The notes beneath the pieces were generated by a model. The model was not told the DNA's origin, made no database searches, and saw only the letters and a program-made list of their open reading frames with translations. 64,000 nt of DNA from a phage, in NCBI GenBank assembly GCA_012628545.1, contig GCA_012628545.1_3035.1, one strand, 5' to 3'. The position numbers and the translations under genes are program-made. Shown in pieces: positions 51,827-61,030 of this stretch (the stretch's first letter is position 1; every line of letters starts with the position of its first letter).

Positions 51827-53253
51827 TAAAATTTTAATTCATTTGCCAAAGCATCTAACTGTGCTCGAGTGGATTCATTTCTTTGATAGCGATTCTGTTC
51901 AGCCTGAATCTGTTGTGAACCTGCTACTTCACTCACTTCAGTTGGAGTAGAATCTTGTTCAATTTCTACCCATTTCTGATTTCCCTTTTGAACACCCATC
52001 AAAAACTTATTCCACTTATTCTTATCGCCATATCGTGATTTGATTTGCTTAATGAGTTGTTGTTCAGCAGCTGCTAGCTCCTCGGTTTCAATGACCGCAA
52101 GCATAAAATCAGCTGTTGCTGGAAGACCAGCAGATTCTGCGATATCACTCATGTTAACATCGGAAGAGTCCCAAGCTTGTTTACCAACCTGTGCTGCAGT
52201 CCAAAGAACAGTTTCGGTTTCAACAGCAAGAGCACGCAATTCCTCTGCAATAGCTTTAACAGTTGTGTAACTATTTTCTGAGTAAACTCTGATGCGGCAA
52301 GATTTACAAATACCTAGATAGTCGACAATAATGATTGTTGGAACAAAATTCTTTTTGAGCTTCAATTCATTCAAGAGAGACCTGAATGTGTTAGCATCTG
52401 CCCCACCAGTAGGGTACTGTTTAACAATTAAACGACCGAGAGTAGATTTCTCACGCCATTTTTCCATTTTTCCTTTATACTCAGCGTAAGAAATATGCCC
52501 ATCATCAATGTCATCAAGAGAAACATCGAGCATATTAGCGTCAATACGTTTAGCACAGACTTCTTCTGCCATTTCCATGGAGATATAAAGAACGTTATGT
52601 CCAAGCTGTAAATAATCTGCTGCTAATGAACACAATCCTAATGATTTACCAACGTTAACGCCAGCCATTAAAACGTTCAGTGTTCCAGTTTCAGCTCCGC
52701 CTTTAGTAATTTTGTTTAGAATTCTGAGTTTAAATGGAACCTTACGAGCTTTATTCATATAAGATAGCCAACGTGCTTCGTAGTCATCCATCCAATCATG
52801 ACCAACGTAACTATCAAATGAAATTGATAATGCTTGGCGCATGATGTCAGGAATAGCACCAACATCCGGCATTTTCTTATTTCGTTTTTCCGGAGGAAGC
52901 TCAGCATTAGTTTGAATTTCGATTATTTTAGACGTAGCATTAAACATCGCCCTCTGCTGAACATATTTTTCAGTTTCTTTTACTAACCAGCTGTGGTCTT
53001 CCGGAGAATCAGCTAGTTTTGAAATAAGTGTTTTTACACCAGAATATTCTGTTTCCGTAAATGAACTATTTTCTAATGCAACATTTAACGCATTAATAGA
53101 TGGAACGCTATGATACTCATTGACATGAGATTTAATTAATTTGAATGTATTTTTAGCTGGACCACTTTCAAAATATTCTGAATCCATATATGGCCAAACT
53201 TTTGAAAAATAAGCTTGATCAAATATGAGATGAGAAAGAATAATTTCTACCAC
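51826..53253 (-). CDS. 41: replicative DNA helicase gp41 (DnaB family)
   Basis: 475 aa; Walker A GVNVGKS, DnaB-like C-terminal RecA fold. Confidence 0.95.
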   Translation of the reverse strand: MVEIILSHLIFDQAYFSKVWPYMDSEYFESGPAKNTFKLIKSHVNEYHSVPSINALNVALENSSFTETEYSGVKTLISKLADSPEDHSWLVKETEKYVQQRAMFNATSKIIEIQTNAELPPEKRNKKMPDVGAIPDIMRQALSISFDSYVGHDWMDDYEARWLSYMNKARKVPFKLRILNKITKGGAETGTLNVLMAGVNVGKSLGLCSLAADYLQLGHNVLYISMEMAEEVCAKRIDANMLDVSLDDIDDGHISYAEYKGKMEKWREKSTLGRLIVKQYPTGGADANTFRSLLNELKLKKNFVPTIIIVDYLGICKSCRIRVYSENSYTTVKAIAEELRALAVETETVLWTAAQVGKQAWDSSDVNMSDIAESAGLPATADFMLAVIETEELAAAEQQLIKQIKSRYGDKNKWNKFLMGVQKGNQKWVEIEQDSTPTEVSEVAGSQQIQAEQNRYQRNESTRAQLDALANELKF

Positions 53254-53262
53254 ACTTACTCC

Positions 53263-53625
53263 TTAAAAGAATTTAAACTTTTTCTTTGACCTTTTATTAA
53301 ATGCATCTTGTAGTTGCATTGTAATACATTTTTCTACATGAGGAGCTAACTCAGCTTTTCTTTCTTGGTCAAGAACAGCAAAGTCCATTACGACTTTTCC
53401 ATTAACCCAATCTAATTTTGTCACATACACAATGTGTGTAGAACCATCTTCTAGTTTAATGACAATCTCCTGGATAACATTTTCCATGGCAGATTTAATT
53501 ATCTTAAGAGACTCATTAAAAAGACGTTCTTTTCTTTCTTCTTCCCCCTCCGAAGAGGGGGATTCATCGATAATTTCTAGATCTAAATCTAAATCATCTT
53601 TATTCATTAAATTCTTCCATATCAC
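53263..53625 (-). CDS. 40: gp40 head assembly protein (positional)
   Basis: 120 aa ORF between uvsX and 41; acidic N-terminus; overlaps uvsX 3' end. Confidence 0.5.
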   Translation of the reverse strand: MIWKNLMNKDDLDLDLEIIDESPSSEGEEERKERLFNESLKIIKSAMENVIQEIVIKLEDGSTHIVYVTKLDWVNGKVVMDFAVLDQERKAELAPHVEKCITMQLQDAFNKRSKKKFKFF

Positions 53626-54781
53626 TTAACTGTTCGAGGTCAGTTTCTAAATCAGCTGCCGATTTACTTTTACTTTCTGGGGATTTAAATTTTTCAACTT
53701 TTGAGTTAATTAATTCATCAACTTCAGCTTCAACAATTTCATTACTATCAATAGCACCTAACTGATAAGCACGTTTAATAGCATCTCGGAATGGTTGATG
53801 CTTAAATAAAGGACCCCAGAATGTAGTGCAGTTAGTATCTTTTGCACGCCAAGATTTTTCTTCGCGAATCATCTCGCCGGTTTCTTCATCAAGAAATTCA
53901 CGAGCATACCAACCATTTTTAGGTTTTACTACAAATCCTAATTCTAGAGCCATATCTAACAATCCAGAATAAGGATCGATACCACCATCAAATTTAACAT
54001 CAATAAAGAATTTACTTTTTTCTTTAACGGTACGAGATTTTTCTACATTTAGAACAAATTGATACCCCTGAAGATCAGAACCATCTTTAATCTGGCGCTT
54101 ACCGATAATGAATACAGTATCAGCCGAATACATTACGCCTGTACCACCTGTCATCACGGTTTTACTAAACATTTCAATTGTTTCAATTGTATGGTTAACC
54201 GCAACACATGGAATATTTTTAATGCTAAAATAAGGAGTAACAATACGGAATAATGACTTCAGTGATTTAGCACGAGTCATATCTGCCACAGATTTTTCAT
54301 TCAAGGCATCTTCCGTTTCTTTCTTAGAAGCCATATTACCAATTGAGTCGATGAATACTATAACCTTTTCACCACGCTCAATAGCTTCAAGCTGATTCAC
54401 CATATCAATTTTCAGCTGTTCAACTGATTGAATTGGCGTATGAATTACACGTTCCGGGTCAACTCCCATGGATCGCAAATAAGCTGGAGTAATACCAAAT
54501 TCGCTATCATAAAATAGACAAACCGCGTCAGGATATTTGTTCAAATATGCCGCAACCATAGTCAAAGACATATTTGATTTAAAGTGTTTAGAAGGCCCTG
54601 CGAAAATAGTTAAACCAGACTGCATACCGCCATCAATCGCACCAGAAATAGCAATATTAAGCATTGGAATTTTTGTACGAATTACATCCTTTTCATTAAA
54701 GAATTTAGATGTAGTCAGTTCAGCAGTCATTTTAGAAGTGGAAGCTTTAATCAAACGGGATTTTAAATCTGCAATAGACAT
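53600..54781 (-). CDS. uvsX: UvsX recombinase (RecA/Rad51 family)
   Basis: 393 aa; Walker A GPSKHFKS, RecA-fold motifs. Confidence 0.95.
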   Translation of the reverse strand: MSIADLKSRLIKASTSKMTAELTTSKFFNEKDVIRTKIPMLNIAISGAIDGGMQSGLTIFAGPSKHFKSNMSLTMVAAYLNKYPDAVCLFYDSEFGITPAYLRSMGVDPERVIHTPIQSVEQLKIDMVNQLEAIERGEKVIVFIDSIGNMASKKETEDALNEKSVADMTRAKSLKSLFRIVTPYFSIKNIPCVAVNHTIETIEMFSKTVMTGGTGVMYSADTVFIIGKRQIKDGSDLQGYQFVLNVEKSRTVKEKSKFFIDVKFDGGIDPYSGLLDMALELGFVVKPKNGWYAREFLDEETGEMIREEKSWRAKDTNCTTFWGPLFKHQPFRDAIKRAYQLGAIDSNEIVEAEVDELINSKVEKFKSPESKSKSAADLETDLEQLSDMEEFNE

Positions 54782-54858
54782 TCATTTTTTCCATAGGCAT
54801 CATTATATTTTCCTCACTGGTTAAAGATAGAGTAATTATAACACAATAAATTTAGGCA

Positions 54859-55707
54859 TTAATCAACTGCTATTGGATGAATAGCATTAAACTTATGAAA
54901 TGCTTCTGATTTTTCTTTACGCGAAACACACATGCGAAGAACCTTTAATGGCTCGTCTTCTTCACCCAACGATTTTCGTTTTTCAATATTCGACGTTTTC
55001 CAACGAGCTTGCTCTGGAAACTCTCTATTGATTTGCTCAAGCGCTCTATTATGTTTAGAATTACTACGAATTGAACTACACCCACCAGGAGCTTGCGCTT
55101 TACCTGATACAACCAGATATTTGAACAAGGCCAAATGCGGATAACCTTGATTAATTAAATTGAGAAATGCATACATATCTTCGCACAAATCAATTTTTCC
55201 ATACCCAATTTGTTCTGTCGTAAGTTTTCCAAGGTCATACCATGTATTCGTGAATCCATATGAATTTTCACGATAATTACCCCAAGATGAAGTAATTTTA
55301 AAAATTGGTAGGCGAGCATGACCGTGATAATACCCACAATCCATGGCATCTTCGACGTATTGAATCAATTCATAGAACTGTTCATGAGTCAATTGATTGA
55401 CTTTATCCACACAACGACGGTCATCTCTTTTTCGCATTGAACTCATACGAATAGTAGTATCATCGTCAATCATCCAGATTCGTTGGCCTGCATACATATC
55501 AGTAATTGCTTTACGAGTACCGGCAATTCCGTTTACATCATCAGGAATAGTTATAATTTTAGCTCTAGACCCATAGGCATCATAATAAGCTTTTTCTTCA
55601 TGTTCACGCACTACAATATGGGGTTCATAATCAGTCGGAAACATATCAAGGGCAGAAACTGCCCCGACCCGCTGATAACTTGGAATTACGAATTGAATCA
55701 TTTCCAC
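54859..55707 (-). CDS. putative DNA (hydroxymethylcytosine) glycosyltransferase, GT-A-like, 282 aa
   Basis: N-terminal FVIPSYQR and DxD-type motif IWMIDDDTTI; occupies the locus between uvsX and gene 42 where T4 encodes beta-gt; 10-nt overlap with gene 42. Confidence 0.55.
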   Translation of the reverse strand: MEMIQFVIPSYQRVGAVSALDMFPTDYEPHIVVREHEEKAYYDAYGSRAKIITIPDDVNGIAGTRKAITDMYAGQRIWMIDDDTTIRMSSMRKRDDRRCVDKVNQLTHEQFYELIQYVEDAMDCGYYHGHARLPIFKITSSWGNYRENSYGFTNTWYDLGKLTTEQIGYGKIDLCEDMYAFLNLINQGYPHLALFKYLVVSGKAQAPGGCSSIRSNSKHNRALEQINREFPEQARWKTSNIEKRKSLGEEDEPLKVLRMCVSRKEKSEAFHKFNAIHPIAVD

Positions 55708-56438
55708 TCACCGTTATAATCTTTTTTCACAATATGAGTTTCGCCAGTATTCCACCAATGATCAACCAAGTAAAAATGACGAGAATATACATGAAGACTT
55801 CCAACATTCCATATAATAGAACCTGCTTTATACTGACGAGTTGAATCGCCTGCATTCAAATCAGATACTAATTTATCTAATACGTATTTTTGCCATGCAT
55901 AATCATTACGGAATCCGAAGACCACGTCATTTGAGCGCATGCTTACTACTGCATTGACTTTCTTATCACGAATCAGGTACTGTACTGTATTCGTACACAT
56001 GAAATCTGACATACCATCTTTATTGTAGTCAAATTGCATGGATGGACGAGTATAAATCATGATACCACGTCGAGAATCAGGATTTTGACCAAGTTCAGCT
56101 AAACACATATCATATTGAGCATAGTTATCTTCTGACCAGATAGCCCAACCATAATTCGAGTTAATTTCACCTTTAGAAGATGCTACTTGTTGCCAAATCT
56201 TCGGTGTTTCACCTGGAATATCTTTAACAAACAGACTTTGAGACTTGTACCATTCAAGTTCACGCTGAATGTATTCATCATTAAGAGCGCCAAAAATAAA
56301 GGGTTCATCTGCTACAAATGATGCGCCAATAATTTCAATAGTTTTAACACCAGTTTTATCAACTACGAAATCTTTTTCCTTTAATGCAAGCCCCAAATGA
56401 AGACGGATTTCTTCAACTGTCATAGAGTCACTAATCAT
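55698..56438 (-). CDS. 42: dCMP hydroxymethylase
   Basis: 246 aa; thymidylate-synthase-like fold motifs; length equals T4 gp42. Confidence 0.9.
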   Translation of the reverse strand: MISDSMTVEEIRLHLGLALKEKDFVVDKTGVKTIEIIGASFVADEPFIFGALNDEYIQRELEWYKSQSLFVKDIPGETPKIWQQVASSKGEINSNYGWAIWSEDNYAQYDMCLAELGQNPDSRRGIMIYTRPSMQFDYNKDGMSDFMCTNTVQYLIRDKKVNAVVSMRSNDVVFGFRNDYAWQKYVLDKLVSDLNAGDSTRQYKAGSIIWNVGSLHVYSRHFYLVDHWWNTGETHIVKKDYNGEWK

Positions 56439-56591
56439 TTAAACCTCAATTGATGCATTCATATTTAAATTGTAACAGTAATAAACCCCACCCTATGATA
56501 AGAGTTGGAATCATAGCAGGAACTGTTACGCTATAGTATATACTTATTATAACCATCAAGATTAAAAGCAACACTGTTATAATTTTGCTTT

Positions 56592-56843
56592 TCATTCTTT
56601 CTCTCTGATGATAATTACCTGATTTGGCTGTGCAGACTTTTTAGTTTCACCAGCAATTGACCAAATAAGTGTAATAAACCAACCAATAATTGACCAGTTA
56701 AACAGTAAAGATGTGAAAAAGATTCCTACTGTCGATTTTGACCCACGCATCAAAGCAATAAACCATGGAAGCATGTATATAATAATAGCCAACACACCTG
56801 AAACTAAAACCATAAAAATTGAACCTGCTACTAAAGTTTCCAT
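56592..56843 (-). CDS. imm: Imm immunity (superinfection exclusion) membrane protein
   Basis: 83 aa with two TM helices; position between 43 and 42. Confidence 0.65.
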   Translation of the reverse strand: METLVAGSIFMVLVSGVLAIIIYMLPWFIALMRGSKSTVGIFFTSLLFNWSIIGWFITLIWSIAGETKKSAQPNQVIIIREKE

Positions 56844-56850
56844 ATTTTCC

Positions 56851-57231
56851 TCACTTAGTCAAATTTTTTACGCATGAATTATAAGAATTCACTACATACT
56901 CCATCGGAGCATTTTTACCAGTACGCCATTGGTAATTATTGGCCCAATTAGCCCAAAGCTCGGCGCAGTAGTTTTCAATTTTTTCTTCGCGTGTAATTAC
57001 ATCCGAATTACGATATGCTTGAGCAGATTCATCTGGACGAATAGCTTCGTCAAAATTCGCCTGCATTTGTTCGACTGTTTGCTTTGGAGCTTCTTTATAA
57101 CACTTGACATTAGGATTATAAAATTTGCTTGAACAGTTTACAATTTTTCCTGCATCAGACTGATTTACTACCGGTCCTTGAGCTACACAACCAGTAAGAC
57201 CTAATGCAATAACCAAAATAGCGATTTTCAT
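56851..57231 (-). CDS. predicted lipoprotein, 126 aa
   Basis: Signal peptide plus lipobox LTGC (MKIAILVIALGLTGCVAQG). Confidence 0.5.
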   Translation of the reverse strand: MKIAILVIALGLTGCVAQGPVVNQSDAGKIVNCSSKFYNPNVKCYKEAPKQTVEQMQANFDEAIRPDESAQAYRNSDVITREEKIENYCAELWANWANNYQWRTGKNAPMEYVVNSYNSCVKNLTK

Positions 57232-57241
57232 AATAATTTCC

Positions 57242-57478
57242 TCAAATGCAAGTAGTAATTACTCCAGTAGTGCTTATGCAGGTATTACCCATTTGCACAC
57301 CTAAAGATCCATTTGTATTCACATGAAGATTATCATCAATTTTAACTGATATTTTACCATTAGTGTGAATAACAGTGCTAGATTCAATCACAGGTTGAGT
57401 ATCATTTTCAACACTAACAAATGGAACTGCTGCTAATGCAACTAAACAAACTGCTAAGCATCCCATAACAATTTTCAT
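57242..57478 (-). CDS. secreted/membrane protein, about 78 aa
   Basis: Track ORF includes translated promoter (FFHGTIQLS artefact); start at MKIVMGCLAVCLVALAAVPFVSVE (signal peptide). Confidence 0.45.
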   Translation of the reverse strand: MKIVMGCLAVCLVALAAVPFVSVENDTQPVIESSTVIHTNGKISVKIDDNLHVNTNGSLGVQMGNTCISTTGVITTCI

Positions 57479-57515
57479 TTTATTCTCCAAATCCGTATCA
57501 GTAGTTGATAGTTGT

Positions 57516-57545
57516 ATAGTACCATGGAAGAACATTCTTGTAAAC
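57516..57545 (-). promoter_or_regulatory. early promoter cassette
   Basis: GTTTAC-N18-TACTAT; near-identical to the motA-upstream copy. Confidence 0.6.
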
Positions 57546-57633
57546 AGTTTTGTGAAAATTTTTTTAGGGAATTCTAAAGGTCCAGAATCATCTGTTTTTC
57601 ATAAGTATAGATTTATATTACTTGTATGAAAAA

Positions 57634-57649
57634 GGGACCCGGAGGTCCC
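57634..57649 (-). terminator. intrinsic terminator downstream of gene 43
   Basis: GGGACC-TCCG-GGTCCC followed on the minus strand by TTTTTCAT. Confidence 0.6.
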
Positions 57650-57662
57650 TAGATTTATTCTA

Positions 57663-60359
57663 TCAGCCAAACAGGAAGTCTAACGAAGCTTTTTCTTCAT
57701 AGTCCATACCAGCCGATTCACACATGCCTGCAAGCGGTTTAACAAACGATTTTTGGAACAAAGTTGAGTAGTCAATCCAAGACAGTACGTCAGAACGAAT
57801 TTCTTTTGGAAGTTCTGTACCCGACGGCCAAGCAATGCACTTGTCACCAAATGGATTTCCTTCACGCAATGGAAGAACCATTACTTTATTTCCATCCAAA
57901 ATTGGAGCTACACCCAGACCACTAACAGCTCGACGATAAGTTAGCACCCCACGAATATGGAACGGGCATTTAAATCCTGGCCAACCTTTATCATCATATT
58001 TCGCTATATCGTTCGCAGTTTTTACTTCAGCAATAACTTTATAGTCAAGTTGACGATATTCTTTCTCGAAGTTTTTGTAATATTCTTGGACAGACTCTTC
58101 ACCTTCCTGAAGAATACGACGAATACTTTCTTCGAGAGCTTCTTGAACCGCTTTAGGCGTTGAACTTTGCTGAGTTTCCATACCCATGATTTTTAGATGC
58201 GGTTCAGCAAATCGCTTATCTTCCATATCATAAACGTTCAGAGCATAACGCTTTTTCGCTTTCCAAAATCCACCGACACCCTTTGAACCAAGCGGAGGGC
58301 AAGAAATAGCTTCACGGTCCATATGCATCAGATGCTCGCGGTTATTCATATAATCACATAACTCACGATATGCAACATCAATCATCGGTTCCATCTTTTT
58401 CTTACCAAACTGATTCATGAATTCAACTAAATCATTTTGTTCTTTAAAGCGGTCAAGACCTACTTTTTCAATTACTTTATCTACGCAAACATATACCGAA
58501 TCAGTATCACCTGCTGCGATGAAATCTTCACCATTAGTTCCACACACTTTATTCAGATACTCATTAATTTTACGAGCAATCCACTGAATACCGACTTGAC
58601 CGAAAATTGTGATAGCAGTAGCATTTCGCAAATCATAGTAGCGGAAATGAATATTACCAAGAGCACCATAAAGACTGTTGATAAGAATTTTACGGTTCAG
58701 CTGATTTGTGTTAGCAAGTGTAGCTGCTTTTTCACATTCTTCAATCAAACTATTGAGAACAGATTCAGTATAATTCGATAGTTCATTTAAGAAATCATCA
58801 CTGAACTTAACATATCGTTCAACTTCAGGTTTAGTTGAACAAGACCCTGCGCCTTTCATAATAATCTTTTTAATAGCTTCGGCATTCATTTCTTCAGCGA
58901 ACATTTTCTTTTTCCAATCTTTACGCTGGAAAAATACTTTAGCGATTTCCTTTGGAATGATACCTTCTTGATGCTTATCGTACATCCATCCATTCGGAGA
59001 ACAAGAATATTCATCACTCGGTTTAGGAGCTGTTCCTGCGATATATTCATGAATTGGATGAACTTTAAACTGCCCACGAATAGTCTCAGGACTAATGTTA
59101 ACCTGACGAATAATGCTCGGATACAGAGACGTCAAGTCAAAACTCATAATATATCGACGAGCAATTGGTTTAGGTTCAAACACAAATGCACCCGGAAAAC
59201 TCTGTTTAACATGCGAACCTTGTTGAGGAATAACCTTATGTTCACCTTTCAATGAGTTAAAAATAATAGCATCCCAGGTTTTAATAGGACTCATTACACC
59301 AGAAAAAGGCATTTTAGCGTAATAAGACATACTTAAAACTAGATCGATAAACCCGCGGATTTTATCAATTGCTTGAACTGATTCTACGTCAATGATGTTA
59401 TAACTAATGTATCGTTGATGATTAGTCTCACGAAGTTTATTAATAGGACCGTCGTATGGTAATTTACCTTTTTTGGTTTCATGCTGAGCAACTGATTCCA
59501 AAGAGAATGACGGCAAATTAGTAAATGCGAATTTCTTATACAAATCTAAATAATCAAGAATAGATACGCCATCAATAGAATAAATTTCTTTGCTACCGTA
59601 CATATTTTGGATAAGTTTAGATTTTACTCGACCGATTGGAGAGAAGCGTTTCATACTACGTTCACCGAGAACCATTTTAACGCGATTCATGATATACGGA
59701 ACGTCAAATCCCTCAATATTCCAACCAGTAAAAATAGCAGGTCGTTTCTGTTCCCAAAGATTGATATATTCCATGAGCATATCACGCTCGTTATCGAATG
59801 GCATATAAATTACTCGGTCAAGAATTTCTTGAGGAACTTCATCACCACCTTCACAGTCAAGCTTAGCAGCTAACTTTGCATCCCATTTTGATACTGAACC
59901 GTACATTGAATTCAAAAGGTCGAAAACATAAAAACGGTCATCAATTGAATCGTAATGAGTGATAGCATCAATTTCATATTCTGCTTTCATTGGGTCAGGA
60001 AATTTATCACCAGTAACCTCAATGTCACAGTTAGCTACACGAACAAATTTTCGGTCATAAACAATTTCTGAACCATATGTATCACTGATATAAGCGAGTT
60101 TAAAATCGTTCATACCGAGAGCTTCGAGACCGATGTCTTCCATTCGCTTCATCCAGTCTCGAGCATCTTTCATTGATGGAAATTTTTGAGGAGCGCAATT
60201 TTTACCATAGATGTCTTTGTATTTTGACTCTTCCTTACAATGCCTAAACATAGTTGGAAGATATTCTACTTCACGAGTACGTTCCTTTCCGTTTTCATCA
60301 ATATAACGTTCAACAATGTTATTTCCGACTGTTTCAATAGAGATATAAAATTCTTTCAT
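57663..60359 (-). CDS. 43: DNA polymerase gp43 (family B, with 3'-5' exonuclease)
   Basis: 898 aa; exo motif region FDIEV-type and polymerase motifs (DTDS, KxxxNSxYG); length equals T4 gp43. Confidence 0.95.
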   Translation of the reverse strand: MKEFYISIETVGNNIVERYIDENGKERTREVEYLPTMFRHCKEESKYKDIYGKNCAPQKFPSMKDARDWMKRMEDIGLEALGMNDFKLAYISDTYGSEIVYDRKFVRVANCDIEVTGDKFPDPMKAEYEIDAITHYDSIDDRFYVFDLLNSMYGSVSKWDAKLAAKLDCEGGDEVPQEILDRVIYMPFDNERDMLMEYINLWEQKRPAIFTGWNIEGFDVPYIMNRVKMVLGERSMKRFSPIGRVKSKLIQNMYGSKEIYSIDGVSILDYLDLYKKFAFTNLPSFSLESVAQHETKKGKLPYDGPINKLRETNHQRYISYNIIDVESVQAIDKIRGFIDLVLSMSYYAKMPFSGVMSPIKTWDAIIFNSLKGEHKVIPQQGSHVKQSFPGAFVFEPKPIARRYIMSFDLTSLYPSIIRQVNISPETIRGQFKVHPIHEYIAGTAPKPSDEYSCSPNGWMYDKHQEGIIPKEIAKVFFQRKDWKKKMFAEEMNAEAIKKIIMKGAGSCSTKPEVERYVKFSDDFLNELSNYTESVLNSLIEECEKAATLANTNQLNRKILINSLYGALGNIHFRYYDLRNATAITIFGQVGIQWIARKINEYLNKVCGTNGEDFIAAGDTDSVYVCVDKVIEKVGLDRFKEQNDLVEFMNQFGKKKMEPMIDVAYRELCDYMNNREHLMHMDREAISCPPLGSKGVGGFWKAKKRYALNVYDMEDKRFAEPHLKIMGMETQQSSTPKAVQEALEESIRRILQEGEESVQEYYKNFEKEYRQLDYKVIAEVKTANDIAKYDDKGWPGFKCPFHIRGVLTYRRAVSGLGVAPILDGNKVMVLPLREGNPFGDKCIAWPSGTELPKEIRSDVLSWIDYSTLFQKSFVKPLAGMCESAGMDYEEKASLDFLFG

Positions 60360-60361
60360 AG

Positions 60362-60397
60362 ATATTCCTTAGTTTATAGCCCGAGTTATTAGGCTCT
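60362..60397 (-). promoter_or_regulatory. gene 43 translational operator hairpin
   Basis: Minus strand AGCCTAATAACTCGGGCT hairpin immediately 5' of AAGGAATATCTATG (RBS and start of gene 43). Confidence 0.7.
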
Positions 60398-60419
60398 TGA
60401 TATATTATACTCCAAATAA

Positions 60420-60433
60420 GGGGCCGAAGCCCC
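60420..60433 (-). terminator. hairpin downstream of regA / upstream of gene 43 operator
   Basis: GGGGC-TTCG-GCCCC followed by TTATTT on the minus strand. Confidence 0.5.
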
Positions 60434-60437
60434 TTGC

Positions 60438-60701
60438 TTAAATTAGTACTATTTGTCGGTGAAAAATTGTCATTCCATCTGCATTAATTGACTTAACGAC
60501 TGCAGTAAAGTGTTTTTGTTCTGGGTGAATTAATTTTTGAAATTCTACCTGAAATTTTAGTTGAAGGTTTTCTGGTAAATCGAAAAGTGTTTCTGTTGCA
60601 GAAAGATTATATTTTTCTTTAAGAGACGCCATGTATTCTTGTGGAGTTATAGCAGTCATATTAATTACCAATCGTATATTTAGGAACGAGTTTCCATTCA
60701 T
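60438..60701 (-). CDS. hypothetical ORF, 87 aa (may be shorter; overlaps regA 3' end)
   Basis: ORF in the regA-to-43 spacer; weak. Confidence 0.3.
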   Translation of the reverse strand: MNGNSFLNIRLVINMTAITPQEYMASLKEKYNLSATETLFDLPENLQLKFQVEFQKLIHPEQKHFTAVVKSINADGMTIFHRQIVLI

Positions 60702-61029
60702 GTTTTTGTTTAAAAGAAATAACTCGGAAGTTATTAGTTAAATCTTTCATAAAAGTTCTTTGACCAGGAACGATTTCAATCAATCCCCAATCTTCTAACA
60801 ACCATGCAATCGAATCACGACGAACTTCATCTTCTTCTGTCATTTCAACTTGACGACCATCCATACGAAGCATTTCTTTAAAATGAACGATATAGTATAG
60901 TCCTTTTTTCTGAAGAATATGACAGGACTGATACAGAACTTTATCTTTATTATTAGCAATTCCCATACGAGTCAAAGTTTCTTTTACTTTCAGAAAATCT
61001 TCAGGTTTTTTAAGAGTAATTTCAATCAT
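60661..61029 (-). CDS. regA: RegA translational repressor
   Basis: 122 aa MIEITLKKPEDFLKVKETLTRMGIANNKDKVLYQSCHIL... Confidence 0.85.
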   Translation of the reverse strand: MIEITLKKPEDFLKVKETLTRMGIANNKDKVLYQSCHILQKKGLYYIVHFKEMLRMDGRQVEMTEEDEVRRDSIAWLLEDWGLIEIVPGQRTFMKDLTNNFRVISFKQKHEWKLVPKYTIGN

Positions 61030-61030
61030 T

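Noticed and set aside
10030-57545. Repeated ~50-bp elements as a possible CRISPR array or MITE-like mobile element
   Set aside because: Copies are dispersed in separate spacers rather than arrayed with unique spacers, lack terminal inverted repeats or target-site duplications, and have sigma70 -35/-10 geometry in front of genes; best explained as early promoters.
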